Source: a virus. Taken from it: a stretch of DNA of 64,000 bases. The position numbers and the translations under genes are program-made. Positions 19,652 through 28,809 of the stretch are shown in pieces (position 1 is the stretch's first letter; every line of letters starts with the position of its first letter). The notes under the pieces are model-generated. The model saw nothing but the letters and a program-made list of their open reading frames with translations, did no database searches and was not told where the DNA came from. The DNA lies in the IMG/VR virus record IMGVR_UViG_3300030387_000087, positions 45,149-109,148 of that record; one strand, 5' to 3'.

Positions 19652-19849
19652 ATGGACAAAATAGATAAGAAAACATATATAGGGATTGTAAAATTTACAT
19701 TGGAATCAATGGTTGATCTTGCAAAATCTGATAAGAGTTATAATCTTGCGGCAGATACAATTCATTATTATGAGACAACTATTAAACCAGAAATGCAAAT
19801 TAGCCAGGATGAGTTTTTAGAATTGTGTAAGGAAGCTGGAATTAAATAG
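19652..19849 (+). CDS. hypothetical protein
   Basis: ORF track. Confidence 0.4.
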   Translation: MDKIDKKTYIGIVKFTLESMVDLAKSDKSYNLAADTIHYYETTIKPEMQISQDEFLELCKEAGIK

Positions 19850-19864
19850 ATTGGAGTGATAATA

Positions 19865-20089
19865 ATGAAGTACCCACAGGAAATTTATTTGGATGGTTAT
19901 ACATATACGCAAATGTATGAACATGAAAAAGGTGGAATGTATTATCATTCAGAAGAATGCAGCGATGTTATTACAGGTTTATTTATTAGTTTATATCCAG
20001 ATGGAAGATTAACATATTTATGGGATGGATATGAACATGAATATGGAAAATATGATTTTGAAAATAATAAAAAGATTGGAGGATTATAA
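19865..20089 (+). CDS. hypothetical protein
   Basis: ATG after RBS ttggagtgataata. Confidence 0.4.
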   Translation: MKYPQEIYLDGYTYTQMYEHEKGGMYYHSEECSDVITGLFISLYPDGRLTYLWDGYEHEYGKYDFENNKKIGGL

Positions 20090-20091
20090 AT

Positions 20092-20352
20092 ATGTTATAT
20101 ACAGTAGTGCATACAGTAATCAATAATCAAGGCAAACATCCAGAATCCAACGCAAGGGTACTTGGAATATATTCGGATGAGAATGTTGCCATTAAAGAAG
20201 CGGAAAAATGGATAAATAATACAAAAACATCTGACATAAATGTAAAGAGAATAACAGACACAGAATGGTATTTTTGGTATGACGAAGATGGAAATACCTA
20301 TGGTGGTTATGTAGATGTATATGGGAAAGAGTTAGACAAACCAATTGAATAA
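20092..20352 (+). CDS. hypothetical protein
   Basis: ORF track; RBS ttggagga. Confidence 0.45.
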   Translation: MLYTVVHTVINNQGKHPESNARVLGIYSDENVAIKEAEKWINNTKTSDINVKRITDTEWYFWYDEDGNTYGGYVDVYGKELDKPIE

Positions 20353-20388
20353 ACCAAGTTTTCATGTGAAGAAAGGAGAATATAATGT

Positions 20389-20649
20389 ATGGGAGCAATA
20401 AGTTCAAAAGAGATAGAAGCAAAAATAGAAGATATTGCAATGCAAATTGAGGAATTATCTGCTATGGCTGGTGGTATGTTATACAAAGACATTTTAAATG
20501 AAATATCAGAATGTTTGTTGATTGAGTTTAAACCAAATATTATTAAAAGACTTGAAAATTTAAGAGACAGATATTCTAAAGAAGAGTTTTCATATAGGGG
20601 AATCGTTGAAAAAGCAATAGATATTGTAGATGATGTAAAAAATTGCTAA
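20389..20649 (+). CDS. hypothetical protein
   Basis: ORF track; RBS aaaggagaat. Confidence 0.45.
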   Translation: MGAISSKEIEAKIEDIAMQIEELSAMAGGMLYKDILNEISECLLIEFKPNIIKRLENLRDRYSKEEFSYRGIVEKAIDIVDDVKNC

Positions 20650-20688
20650 GAAATCTAAGTTTCAAGTTAAGAAGGGAGAATAATCATT

Positions 20689-20919
20689 ATGCATGTGAAT
20701 ATATTTGAAACAAAATCGGATGAAGAATTATCTGTATTATACGGACAATTTCTTGAAGCAGAAAAAATATCTGGTTTTCCAGATGATAACGAATTGGGGA
20801 AAATTAAAAAAGAATATGAAAAAGATTTCGGAGCAAATACTGTATTAATGCTTCAAATTGAATTGACTCATACAATAGCAAATAGATGGTTCATAGAACA
20901 TAGAGGCAAAGAAATTTAA
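20689..20919 (+). CDS. hypothetical protein
   Basis: ORF track; RBS aagggagaat. Confidence 0.4.
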   Translation: MHVNIFETKSDEELSVLYGQFLEAEKISGFPDDNELGKIKKEYEKDFGANTVLMLQIELTHTIANRWFIEHRGKEI

Positions 20920-20946
20920 CTTTCATCGGAAGATAGGAGTGATAAA

Positions 20947-21225
20947 ATGCTGAGAAGAAACTTATTTATAGGTATTCCAAATGATAAACTGAAGGAGTGT
21001 TATGAAAGTTATAAGCGTGTTAGTTGTAAAATGGAAGAAGAAAAGGAATTATTTTCTGAGCTTGTAACAGAATATAGAACTTTTGTAGAAAGTAAACATC
21101 CAAAAGCAGCGGAAGCAATCTGTCAGGCTGATATGTTTAATGAGATTGCACATAGATTTTTCAAAATTGTAGATGCCATTAAGGATAAAGAATTTTGTGA
21201 AATTATGGGAATTGAGGTGAAGTAA
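20947..21225 (+). CDS. hypothetical protein
   Basis: ORF track; RBS taggagtga. Confidence 0.45.
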   Translation: MLRRNLFIGIPNDKLKECYESYKRVSCKMEEEKELFSELVTEYRTFVESKHPKAAEAICQADMFNEIAHRFFKIVDAIKDKEFCEIMGIEVK

Positions 21226-21513
21226 ATGGAAAGACTTGATATTTATAAAACTAATGATGGGAAATCTTTAGTTCTTTTAAACAATGAAACTGATTCAAAT
21301 GGATATATAAATTATTTACCAATTACAAATAATGAAAATGGTATGAGTGTTAATACAAAATCTGGTGGTTCTGTTATTATAGATGTAGACAATGTATCTA
21401 TAATTAAGCTGAACAAGTTAGAGTCATGTATTGATCATGTAATAGAAAGTGATTTTGATTTTAAAATTAAGTGGTATATTGATGGTAGGCAAAGAGAAGA
21501 AGCAAAAGATTGA
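21226..21513 (+). CDS. hypothetical protein
   Basis: ORF track; RBS gaggtgaag. Confidence 0.45.
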   Translation: MERLDIYKTNDGKSLVLLNNETDSNGYINYLPITNNENGMSVNTKSGGSVIIDVDNVSIIKLNKLESCIDHVIESDFDFKIKWYIDGRQREEAKD

Positions 21514-21523
21514 GGTGAGTAAA

Positions 21524-21823
21524 ATGAAAGACAAACCCAATAAGATAAAAGCGAAATTATCAGTAGAAGTTGAAGCTGAATTTTATGATAATGAGTCATC
21601 AGAAGAAACATTGAGATATTGTGTTGAACAGGATTTGGAAGATGCAGGATTAAATGTTATTGATGTGTCAGTAGATAATACCATGAGGGATCTTCGAGTT
21701 AAGATTGAGCAACTTGTAGAAGATTTTGAAAATGGCATTGAAAATCGGAATATGAATGATTTAGAACAAGGCAAATATGACGGATATAGAGACATATTGG
21801 ACTTGTTGGATGAAATGAAATGA
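21524..21823 (+). CDS. hypothetical acidic protein
   Basis: internal ATG (MKDKPNK) after RBS gaggtgagtaaa. Confidence 0.45.
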   Translation: MKDKPNKIKAKLSVEVEAEFYDNESSEETLRYCVEQDLEDAGLNVIDVSVDNTMRDLRVKIEQLVEDFENGIENRNMNDLEQGKYDGYRDILDLLDEMK

Positions 21824-21832
21824 GGTGATAAT

Positions 21833-22069
21833 ATGGAACTTCCAGTACGATTTGTATATACAGAAAATGGTAAAGAAAAATCATCCATTGATGAAAACGA
21901 GAGAATGAACTATATTGATGAACTTAATAGAAGTTTGTTAAATTATGGTCGAGATGGAATACAGAGAAATTCAAAAATAAAAGATTATATAAATGGGAAG
22001 AAGAAATTAAGTGATGAAGAAATAAGTAGATTAATCGCTAGATACAATAGTGGTATTAAGAAGAGTTGA
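21833..22069 (+). CDS. hypothetical protein
   Basis: ORF track; RBS gaggtgataat. Confidence 0.4.
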   Translation: MELPVRFVYTENGKEKSSIDENERMNYIDELNRSLLNYGRDGIQRNSKIKDYINGKKKLSDEEISRLIARYNSGIKKS

Positions 22070-22077
22070 GGTAAAAT

Positions 22078-22413
22078 ATGATCAAGATTACAGGAAAATC
22101 TGAAAAATCAGAGATTGCAAATGCAATTCAGAAATATAATGGTGCAGTAATTTATTCATATTACAATACGTTACTGCCATTTGAAAATTGTTATCATGTT
22201 AATGATGACGAATGCAGTGTTATAGAGTTTTGTGATTTTGTAGTAGATAATATAAAAGAAAAGGTAAACGAAAATGAGGGATTACCATTGAACATGATTG
22301 TGATATATACAAACTTATCAGATTTATTTGACATTAGCAGTCTAATAGCTTATGCAAGTAGACTTGAAGAAGTTGAAAAATTGGTTGGGACAGTGGTTAT
22401 AATGACACAATAG
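22078..22413 (+). CDS. hypothetical protein
   Basis: ORF track; RBS gaggtaaaat. Confidence 0.45.
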   Translation: MIKITGKSEKSEIANAIQKYNGAVIYSYYNTLLPFENCYHVNDDECSVIEFCDFVVDNIKEKVNENEGLPLNMIVIYTNLSDLFDISSLIAYASRLEEVEKLVGTVVIMTQ

Positions 22414-22428
22414 AATGAGGTGATATAG

Positions 22429-22821
22429 ATGGAATGGAAATGTCCTATTTGTGGTAAAGAATATCCAAACTTTGGTTTAAGAGATTTTGCAATAACACCG
22501 AAAACAACATTGTTTGGAGAATTTAAGATAAGAGATAAAGAAGGAAATATTCAAATCGTACACAGAAAATTACATAAGCCTGTATGTTCTGAAGAATGTA
22601 AAAGGAAAAATGAAAATAAATACTTTGTAGAGGAATATAAAGGAAATAAAATTTATTGTGTTGATGGTGAATATATGCCGTATCTTGAATGTGATTATTG
22701 GTATGATAGTATTGAAGGTGTTAAAGATAAAATAGATCATCCTAATTTGATTCCTACTACACCAAACCTTATTCGTGGTTTGTCTGCTGCATTAAGCGGT
22801 GAGCCTGGAAATTTTTATTGA
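22429..22821 (+). CDS. zinc-ribbon protein
   Basis: N-term WKCPICGKEY; later CSEECKRK; RBS gaggtgatatag. Confidence 0.45.
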   Translation: MEWKCPICGKEYPNFGLRDFAITPKTTLFGEFKIRDKEGNIQIVHRKLHKPVCSEECKRKNENKYFVEEYKGNKIYCVDGEYMPYLECDYWYDSIEGVKDKIDHPNLIPTTPNLIRGLSAALSGEPGNFY

Positions 22822-22836
22822 ACTGAGGTGATATTA

Positions 22837-23022
22837 ATGAATAAACAAGAAGAGGAGATTTTAGAATATTTAGAACAGAGTTACAGTGGTGCTAAAATGA
22901 TGGATGATGAATCTTGTCAGGTCAGATTAGCAAGAGCAATAGCTGCGTTTAATTCTGATCCAGAGGTTTCAGCGTTTGCTTTGTTTACGAATAAATTTAT
23001 AACAGAATATTGTACGGAATGA
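22837..23022 (+). CDS. hypothetical protein
   Basis: ATG after RBS gaggtgatatta. Confidence 0.4.
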   Translation: MNKQEEEILEYLEQSYSGAKMMDDESCQVRLARAIAAFNSDPEVSAFALFTNKFITEYCTE

Positions 23023-23032
23023 GGTGATATAA

Positions 23033-23326
23033 ATGAAATGGAATGATTTAAGTAATAGTGCAAAATCTATTATTGAATGGATTGAAAATCCATTTACAAA
23101 TCAAAGAGAAACGATTGAAATTAAAATTGGAGAAGTATTCCATAGAAAATGTCCAATATATTGCGGAGATAATGGAGAACATTCCGATGTTAATATTACT
23201 GTAACTAAAGAATTATATCAGGAGATTTTGAAATTTGTAACTGAGGATGACGAAATTCAATGTGAGCAATTTATGGATGGATTATTATTTAAATTAAAAG
23301 AAGATAGTAATGTTAAACTGCATTAA
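23033..23326 (+). CDS. hypothetical protein
   Basis: ORF track; RBS gaggtgatataa. Confidence 0.45.
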   Translation: MKWNDLSNSAKSIIEWIENPFTNQRETIEIKIGEVFHRKCPIYCGDNGEHSDVNITVTKELYQEILKFVTEDDEIQCEQFMDGLLFKLKEDSNVKLH

Positions 23327-23407
23327 GGAGTGAGTAATGAAATGTCGATTTCATCATGTCTTAAATGGAGAATAATGTTATATAAAATAGAATGGAGTGT
23401 GATACAT

Positions 23408-23611
23408 ATGTCAAAGATTATATTGCAAAGGAAAGATAAAAAACTTATAGATAATATCTTCGAGCATCCTGGTAATATTTTCAGCGTACACTTTACAGGA
23501 TATGAAGATACTGTTTGGTGCAAATCTATTTCAGAAATTTATATGGCATTAGAGCAGTTTAAGAGAAGTGGATTTGTGAAAACAGACGAAAATGCAGAAT
23601 TAATAATATAA
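23408..23611 (+). CDS. hypothetical protein
   Basis: internal ATG (MSKIILQ) after RBS ggagtgtga. Confidence 0.4.
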   Translation: MSKIILQRKDKKLIDNIFEHPGNIFSVHFTGYEDTVWCKSISEIYMALEQFKRSGFVKTDENAELII

Positions 23612-23759
23612 AAAGGGAATAAAATTATGAATAGAAAAAACAAAAATATAGATCATGAAGTTTGTGATTATGATGAAGCATATGACCGTGAATCTGCAAG
23701 TGATATTGGATGGTGTGGAAAATGCAAAGTTCCAGAGTGTCCATATAATAAAGACTTAA

Positions 23760-24092
23760 ATGAAAAGAAACGAATGGGTTGGAATTTATAATCCAAAGAA
23801 AGAATTGTTTCAGGCTGTCAGTATAAAATATTGGCAGTTATTTCATTATAAGAGAGAATATTATAATGTAAAATATAAGAAAGGTTGTGATAATCATATG
23901 GGAATAAGTTCAAATATAGATGAAGTAATTTCATATTTAAAATGTAAACAAAAAGAAGGATATAAAACTGTAGAATTAATAGATGACGCAAGAGTATCCG
24001 GCTGGTTTCAACGTAATCCAACGATACCATTTATATCTTGTAAACAAGAGCCTACTGTTTTAGGGATTGATATAAGAAAAAATAAAAAATAG
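23760..24092 (+). CDS. hypothetical protein
   Basis: ORF track; overlaps a possible 54-aa zinc-ribbon ORF at ~23627..23791 that has a better RBS. Confidence 0.4.
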   Translation: MKRNEWVGIYNPKKELFQAVSIKYWQLFHYKREYYNVKYKKGCDNHMGISSNIDEVISYLKCKQKEGYKTVELIDDARVSGWFQRNPTIPFISCKQEPTVLGIDIRKNKK

Positions 24093-24099
24093 GGTGATA

Positions 24100-24426
24100 A
24101 TGATGAGCAAACTAATACAGAAAATCAAATGGAATTTAGATGGATCAAATACAGAAATATATATGTATGGCGAAGCTGATTTTGAGGCAAACAAAGCAAT
24201 GCAAGAACCATTGGAAAAGCTGTATCAGTATGAGAATAAACCTGATATGAGAGAAAAGGTTGTTGAATATATTGGTGAGCTTGAAATGGAAATTAAAAGA
24301 CTTGAAGATCATTTAGAGGAACATATGAATGATGAAGCTTGTAGAGTAACAGAAATTGAAACAAGAATGGAAACATTACAGGAAGTTATTAATGACTTAA
24401 AAGGCAGATCGGAGGAAAGAATATGA
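24100..24426 (+). CDS. hypothetical coiled-coil protein
   Basis: ATG after RBS agggtgataatg. Confidence 0.45.
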   Translation: MMSKLIQKIKWNLDGSNTEIYMYGEADFEANKAMQEPLEKLYQYENKPDMREKVVEYIGELEMEIKRLEDHLEEHMNDEACRVTEIETRMETLQEVINDLKGRSEERI

Positions 24427-24683
24427 TGAATGAATTTAGAAATGAAAATGGTGTCATGGAACATCCAGTATGGAAAATTTTGAAAAAAGAAAAATATGTT
24501 GAGGAATTTTATCCAAAAGCAGAAGAAATGTATGACTTTATCCAGAGTCTTATTAATGTTACAGGCAACATTACAGAAAATGGAGTAACAATTCCTACGA
24601 TGCTAAAATTTTTCAATATGTGGAATGAATATGGGAGTGAAACATTTTGGATTTTAAATGAATTGGTTCATGAAAATGAATGA
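24423..24683 (+). CDS. hypothetical protein
   Basis: ORF track; ATGA overlap. Confidence 0.45.
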   Translation: MMNEFRNENGVMEHPVWKILKKEKYVEEFYPKAEEMYDFIQSLINVTGNITENGVTIPTMLKFFNMWNEYGSETFWILNELVHENE

Positions 24684-24988
24684 GTTATTTCAAAAAAGGA
24701 TATGATATTATGGTTAAGTTAAAGGTTGGAAGAAAAATATTAGATATAAGTGAAAATGATTTGATACTTGATAATGGAACTTGTTATCAAATTGTTACAC
24801 AAAAAGTTCATAAAGGATTTGATTGGCATTATCCTATAATGAGTAAGAAGTTGTTTAATGATTTAAAAAAACTTGAATTAATTTTCACAAGTGAAGGATT
24901 AAAACAAGATGCTATAAAGAAATATGGTACATCGGTAATAACTTATTGGAAGTTTAACGTTGAAAGAATGCAAAAACTTGGATATTAA
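24680..24988 (+). CDS. hypothetical protein
   Basis: ORF track; ATGA overlap. Confidence 0.45.
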   Translation: MSYFKKGYDIMVKLKVGRKILDISENDLILDNGTCYQIVTQKVHKGFDWHYPIMSKKLFNDLKKLELIFTSEGLKQDAIKKYGTSVITYWKFNVERMQKLGY

Positions 24989-25027
24989 ATCCAAAGAAAA
25001 ATTGCTTTATTTATAAAAGGAGAAAAA

Positions 25028-25363
25028 ATGCCAAGAGTTAGGAATTGTGTTATTTGTGATAAAGAGTTTATAAGCTATCATGGAACAAATGTATGTAGCG
25101 AACAATGTAAAATAGAAAAGAAAAAACGACAAGATGAAAATTCGAATAAAAGAAGATATAATAAAGAATCGAATACACCAATAATTAAAATCTGTCCTAT
25201 TTGTGGCAAGAAATTTGAAACACTTAGAAGAACATATTGTTCAGAAGAATGTTCTAAGAAAGCACATAAAATATATGTAAAGGAAATTTCAGATCAATAC
25301 TATAAAGACCATAGAGAAGAAATAATTAATAAAGTAAAAGAAAGAAAAAGTAATAAATATTAA
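25028..25363 (+). CDS. double zinc-ribbon protein
   Basis: two CxxC..C..C repeats (CVICDKEF..CSEQC; CPICGKKF..CSEEC); RBS aaaggagaaaaa. Confidence 0.45.
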   Translation: MPRVRNCVICDKEFISYHGTNVCSEQCKIEKKKRQDENSNKRRYNKESNTPIIKICPICGKKFETLRRTYCSEECSKKAHKIYVKEISDQYYKDHREEIINKVKERKSNKY

Positions 25364-25369
25364 TTATAA

Positions 25370-25399
25370 GGAAGCAGAAATCAACTGCTTCTTTTTTTG
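25370..25399 (+). terminator. rho-independent terminator (GGAAGCAG-aaatcaa-CTGCTTC + T7)
   Basis: seen in sequence; canonical stem-loop plus TTTTTTT. Confidence 0.6.
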
Positions 25400-25423
25400 T
25401 TACAGAAATGAGGCGAATAATTT

Positions 25424-25702
25424 TTGAGTAGATATAAGAATGGAAATCCAAAACATGCAAGTAGATTCATATGTATGAAATGTATGAATGAAAATATGTT
25501 AGCTAGAGGAATCCAAAGACAAAAACAAAGAGAACGAAAACATATTAAGGATTTGTATTGTTTGAAGTGTGGAGAGGTAACGAAGTGTATCGAAGTAAGA
25601 TTTTGTGACTCTTATGAAGAAATTTTTGAGGCTGCAAAGATAAAAAGAGAGAATTATTACATAGACGAATATGAAAGCGAGGCTGATGAATATGTGTTAT
25701 AA
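25424..25702 (+). CDS. zinc-finger protein
   Basis: CMKCMNEN..CLKCGEV; TTG start per track; 3' end overlaps integrase start. Confidence 0.4.
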   Translation: MSRYKNGNPKHASRFICMKCMNENMLARGIQRQKQRERKHIKDLYCLKCGEVTKCIEVRFCDSYEEIFEAAKIKRENYYIDEYESEADEYVL

Positions 25703-26711
25703 GATAGAAGTACAAAACAAAAATGCTGAAAAGCTTAATAGAAAATTGGATGAGTTAAACGCACCACAGTTTTTAAGAGATTACTTGAATGAGTTGGAAA
25801 GCAAGAACGGAGCGTTAAATTATTTAGTGGCAATTAAAGATTTTTTACAGTGGTTGATTGAAAGTAATATTATTAATAAGAAATCAATTTCTGAAATAGA
25901 AGTTTCTGATTTTAGCGACTTACGACCACAAAATATTAGTTCATACCTTAGATATAAGGAAACAAATGGAATGTCGCCAACCACAACGGAAACAAGAAAA
26001 AACATCATTAAAAGTTTTATACAGGATATTTATTCATATAGAGAATGTTTGTTGAGAGAACTCTATAACAGTATGAAAGATTTTAATAAACAAATAAAAT
26101 ATAAAGGAATATCTTCTAAAAACAACTTAACACAAAAACTTCCAACAGAAAATCAGCTTAATGATATGGAAGAAAAAATAATGTGGAAAAAGGACGAATG
26201 TGTAAGGAATAGGAATATTGCTATTTTTCATGTGTTAAGAGGAACTGGAATAAGAGAGTCTGAACTTGCTGGCTTGGATTTATCAGATTTGCATTTAGAT
26301 GAAAATAGTGAATATATTGATCTTAATGATATGTCACATATTATGGTTTTACCAAAAGGATATCAAAGAGAAACTGAAAAAAGACCTGTATATCTTACTG
26401 GATCTGCTCTGAAAGCATTAAGAGAATGGCTAGAGTACAGAAATACATTGAAAAACATTATTGATATAGAAGCTGTGTTCATTAATAAAAATGGTACACG
26501 TACAACAGAGAGAAATATCAAACAGATATTTGAGAATTATGGAAATGGTATTACTCCACATATGATGAGACATTATTATGCTAGTGTAATGAATCAGAAT
26601 GGAAATCTTGCGTTCGTGCAGCAACAGCTTGGACATAGTAGTGTGAATACAACAGTTAATAACTATGCAAACGGAGCTGTGGGAATGAAAGCAGTTTTGG
26701 AGAATATGTAA
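25671..26711 (+). CDS. int: tyrosine recombinase / phage integrase family
   Basis: C-terminal HMMRHYYASVMNQNGN..LGHSSVNTTVNNYAN (R..HxxR..Y catalytic-box pattern); N-terminal SAM-like domain. Confidence 0.85.
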   Translation: MKARLMNMCYKIEVQNKNAEKLNRKLDELNAPQFLRDYLNELESKNGALNYLVAIKDFLQWLIESNIINKKSISEIEVSDFSDLRPQNISSYLRYKETNGMSPTTTETRKNIIKSFIQDIYSYRECLLRELYNSMKDFNKQIKYKGISSKNNLTQKLPTENQLNDMEEKIMWKKDECVRNRNIAIFHVLRGTGIRESELAGLDLSDLHLDENSEYIDLNDMSHIMVLPKGYQRETEKRPVYLTGSALKALREWLEYRNTLKNIIDIEAVFINKNGTRTTERNIKQIFENYGNGITPHMMRHYYASVMNQNGNLAFVQQQLGHSSVNTTVNNYANGAVGMKAVLENM

Positions 26712-26737
26712 GGACGATGATTATTTTTCATCGTCCT
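26710..26737. terminator. bidirectional hairpin AAGGACGATGA-ttattt-TCATCGTCCTT between convergent int and RHH genes
   Basis: 11-bp perfect inverted repeat seen in sequence; overlaps RHH stop. Confidence 0.5.
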
Positions 26738-26939
26738 TCATTTCAGATATTAATTTATAATATCTAGTTAATCTTTCCTTTTGCTTATATAAGTGGACAT
26801 AATCACTTAAAAGAGAAACTATAAGATTGCTCATGGAACGATTTTCTTTTTGTGCGATTATACCGATTTCATTTTTTAAATCCTTCGGAATAGCAAAAGA
26901 CATTGTTGTATTTTTTTCTGATAATTGTCCTCTTGGCAT
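26721..26939 (-). CDS. ribbon-helix-helix (CopG/Arc/MetJ-like) DNA-binding protein
   Basis: N-terminal beta-strand-like TTMSFAIPKDLKNEIGIIAQKENRSMSNLIVSLL, typical RHH layout; second minus-strand gene. Confidence 0.5.
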   Translation of the reverse strand: MPRGQLSEKNTTMSFAIPKDLKNEIGIIAQKENRSMSNLIVSLLSDYVHLYKQKERLTRYYKLISEMKDDEK

Positions 26940-27021
26940 TTTGAATACCTCCTTTATGATGATTATTATAAGGTATATATGAACTTAATGTCAACTTTTA
27001 ATAAAAATTTATATAAACCTA

Positions 27022-27050
27022 TTGACAAGCTTATATAAACTATATATAAT
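27022..27050 (+). promoter_or_regulatory. consensus sigma70-type promoter TTGACA-N17-TATAAT
   Basis: perfect -35 and -10 hexamers with 17-nt spacer, ~45 nt upstream of the MazF-like gene; divergent from the RHH gene. Confidence 0.6.
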
Positions 27051-27094
27051 TCAAGGCATAAAGGACAGAATAAAAAGAAAGGAGGTTTGAGCAA

Positions 27095-27460
27095 ATGGAA
27101 ATTAATACATTTGATATTGTGAAAGTTGATTTTGGAAATATAGAATTTGCTGGAGAACAAGGAGGTATTCGTCCGGCAGTGGTTATTCAAAATGCATATG
27201 GAAACATTTATTCAGGAACGACAATAGTGATTCCTTTTACAAGTAAAATAAAGCATATTAAACAGTCAACTCATTCCTTCTTTCAAAAAGATGAAAGTAA
27301 GGGATTGACGCAAGATTCAATGATACTTGGAGAATGTGTTAGACAAATCTCAAAAGAAAGAATCTTAAAAAAGTTAGGAACTATTACCAAAATGCAAGAA
27401 AAGAAAAAAGTAAAAGCTGTATATGATGCAAATTTTGGTTCATTGGGAGAGGAGATATAA
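27095..27460 (+). CDS. MazF/PemK-family endoribonuclease toxin homologue
   Basis: FDIVKVDFGNIEFAGEQGGIRPAVVIQN..IVIPFTSK matches the PemK/MazF N-terminal core; RBS aaaggaggt. Confidence 0.65.
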   Translation: MEINTFDIVKVDFGNIEFAGEQGGIRPAVVIQNAYGNIYSGTTIVIPFTSKIKHIKQSTHSFFQKDESKGLTQDSMILGECVRQISKERILKKLGTITKMQEKKKVKAVYDANFGSLGEEI

Positions 27461-27461
27461 A

Positions 27462-27752
27462 ATGGAATATGTAGTAATGAGTCTGGAAGAAGCTAAGAAA
27501 GTAGCAAAAAAAGATGCAATAGTTTTGGTTTCAAAGCAGGATCTTGAAAATCCAGATTGTAATATTAGATTTACTAAGAAATATTTTGGAGAATGTAATA
27601 ATATTCTTGAAGAAGCTGCGAGTATTGCAAGGGTATGTGATGAATTTGCAAGTCAATTAAGAGTTTTTTCGGAAATACAAACGGGTGTTCCTAAAGGTTG
27701 TCTTCACACAATATTATACAATAAGTCCGATAAATTGGACTTGCAAAAATAA
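27462..27752 (+). CDS. hypothetical protein (possible cognate antitoxin, speculative)
   Basis: internal ATG (MEYVVMSLEE) after RBS ggagaggag, immediately downstream of the MazF-like gene. Confidence 0.4.
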   Translation: MEYVVMSLEEAKKVAKKDAIVLVSKQDLENPDCNIRFTKKYFGECNNILEEAASIARVCDEFASQLRVFSEIQTGVPKGCLHTILYNKSDKLDLQK

Positions 27753-27777
27753 TATCGAATAAATGTTCTGTTTTCTA

Positions 27778-27806
27778 TTGACAGAATATATGTTCGGATT
27801 TATTAT
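27778..27806 (+). promoter_or_regulatory. near-consensus promoter TTGACA-N17-TATTAT
   Basis: seen in sequence in a 280-bp non-coding region. Confidence 0.45.
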
Positions 27807-27814
27807 ATAAAAAA

Positions 27815-27852
27815 GGAACGGAATAGGCGCTCAAACCAAAAAATTCCGTTCC
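27815..27852 (+). other. GC-rich hairpin GGAACGGAAT-(18 nt)-ATTCCGTTCC just downstream of the promoter
   Basis: 10-bp perfect inverted repeat; candidate leader, attenuator or sRNA element. Confidence 0.4.
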
Positions 27853-28036
27853 AATACATATATCCCCTTAAACCAGGGAAAGGAATAAGGAAATATATTC
27901 TTATAATACAATTTTAATTGTATTATGTCAATAATGTTTTTCTTATTTTTTCCATATTTTTACAATAAATATTTAAATTGATTAACCTAGAAATCTTTAG
28001 GTTTATTAAAGTGCGTCAAAAAATCAGAGAGGAGTG

Positions 28037-28630
28037 ATGTTTTTGGATTATATGATTAAAAATAACGGAAAGGTATATATTCGAGTTGTTAATGGAAAAG
28101 TAGAAACATGTACGGAGAATATGAAGAGTGTATTCAATGAAGCGAAAGCAAAAAATATTCTTCGTTCATTACCTAAAACATTGAAGAGATATAACTTCCA
28201 TATAGAGGCTATACCAGACATTCCACCTAAAGTAGTGAAAAGTAAAGTTTATCAGATTCCAGAAAGTGTGTCGCAATGGATTAATAAATTCGGCACTTGT
28301 GGTCAAATCTTTAACGAAGCAAAAGCAAGGAGCGACATTCTCATAGCGGAATTGAATTCTTGCGATGAAGAATTAATTGATATAGTTCATGATGCTGAAT
28401 TGGAAAACAATATGAATATGTATAAAGGTTATCTTATATATGTAAGATTGAGAAACAATCGTAGAAAAAGAAGAACAATAAAAGATGAGCTGTTAATCAT
28501 TTCTGATGTTCTGAAAGAAGTCAATCCATCAGTATTGCAGCAAAATCGTATTCAGAAGGCTGTAGATGGATTATTACATAGAAAATATAAATACAGGGTT
28601 ACGGAGGTTGAAGATGATGACAATATGTAA
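28037..28630 (+). CDS. hypothetical basic protein
   Basis: ORF track; RBS agagaggagtg. Confidence 0.45.
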   Translation: MFLDYMIKNNGKVYIRVVNGKVETCTENMKSVFNEAKAKNILRSLPKTLKRYNFHIEAIPDIPPKVVKSKVYQIPESVSQWINKFGTCGQIFNEAKARSDILIAELNSCDEELIDIVHDAELENNMNMYKGYLIYVRLRNNRRKRRTIKDELLIISDVLKEVNPSVLQQNRIQKAVDGLLHRKYKYRVTEVEDDDNM

Positions 28631-28808
28631 AAATTGTTTAATTCCTATGGTAGAAATTATGAGTTTTCAACCAGGAGAAAGAAATCGACATGATAGATAT
28701 TGTAGATGTCCTAAATGTTATAGAGAAACCAAGCATATTAAAGTTATGAATTCTGAATTGTCTTTCGGGGAATATATGAATAAAGAATTGCGAAAGGCAG
28801 GTAGATGA
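28614..28808 (+). CDS. zinc-ribbon protein
   Basis: CKNC..CRCPKC; internal ATG after RBS ggaggttga. Confidence 0.35.
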   Translation: MMTICKNCLIPMVEIMSFQPGERNRHDRYCRCPKCYRETKHIKVMNSELSFGEYMNKELRKAGR

Positions 28809-28809
28809 A

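Noticed and set aside
26966-27190. Minus-strand ORF 26966..27190
   Set aside because: It overlaps the consensus promoter and the 5' end of the MazF-like gene. Its hydrophobic low-complexity translation is likely non-coding.
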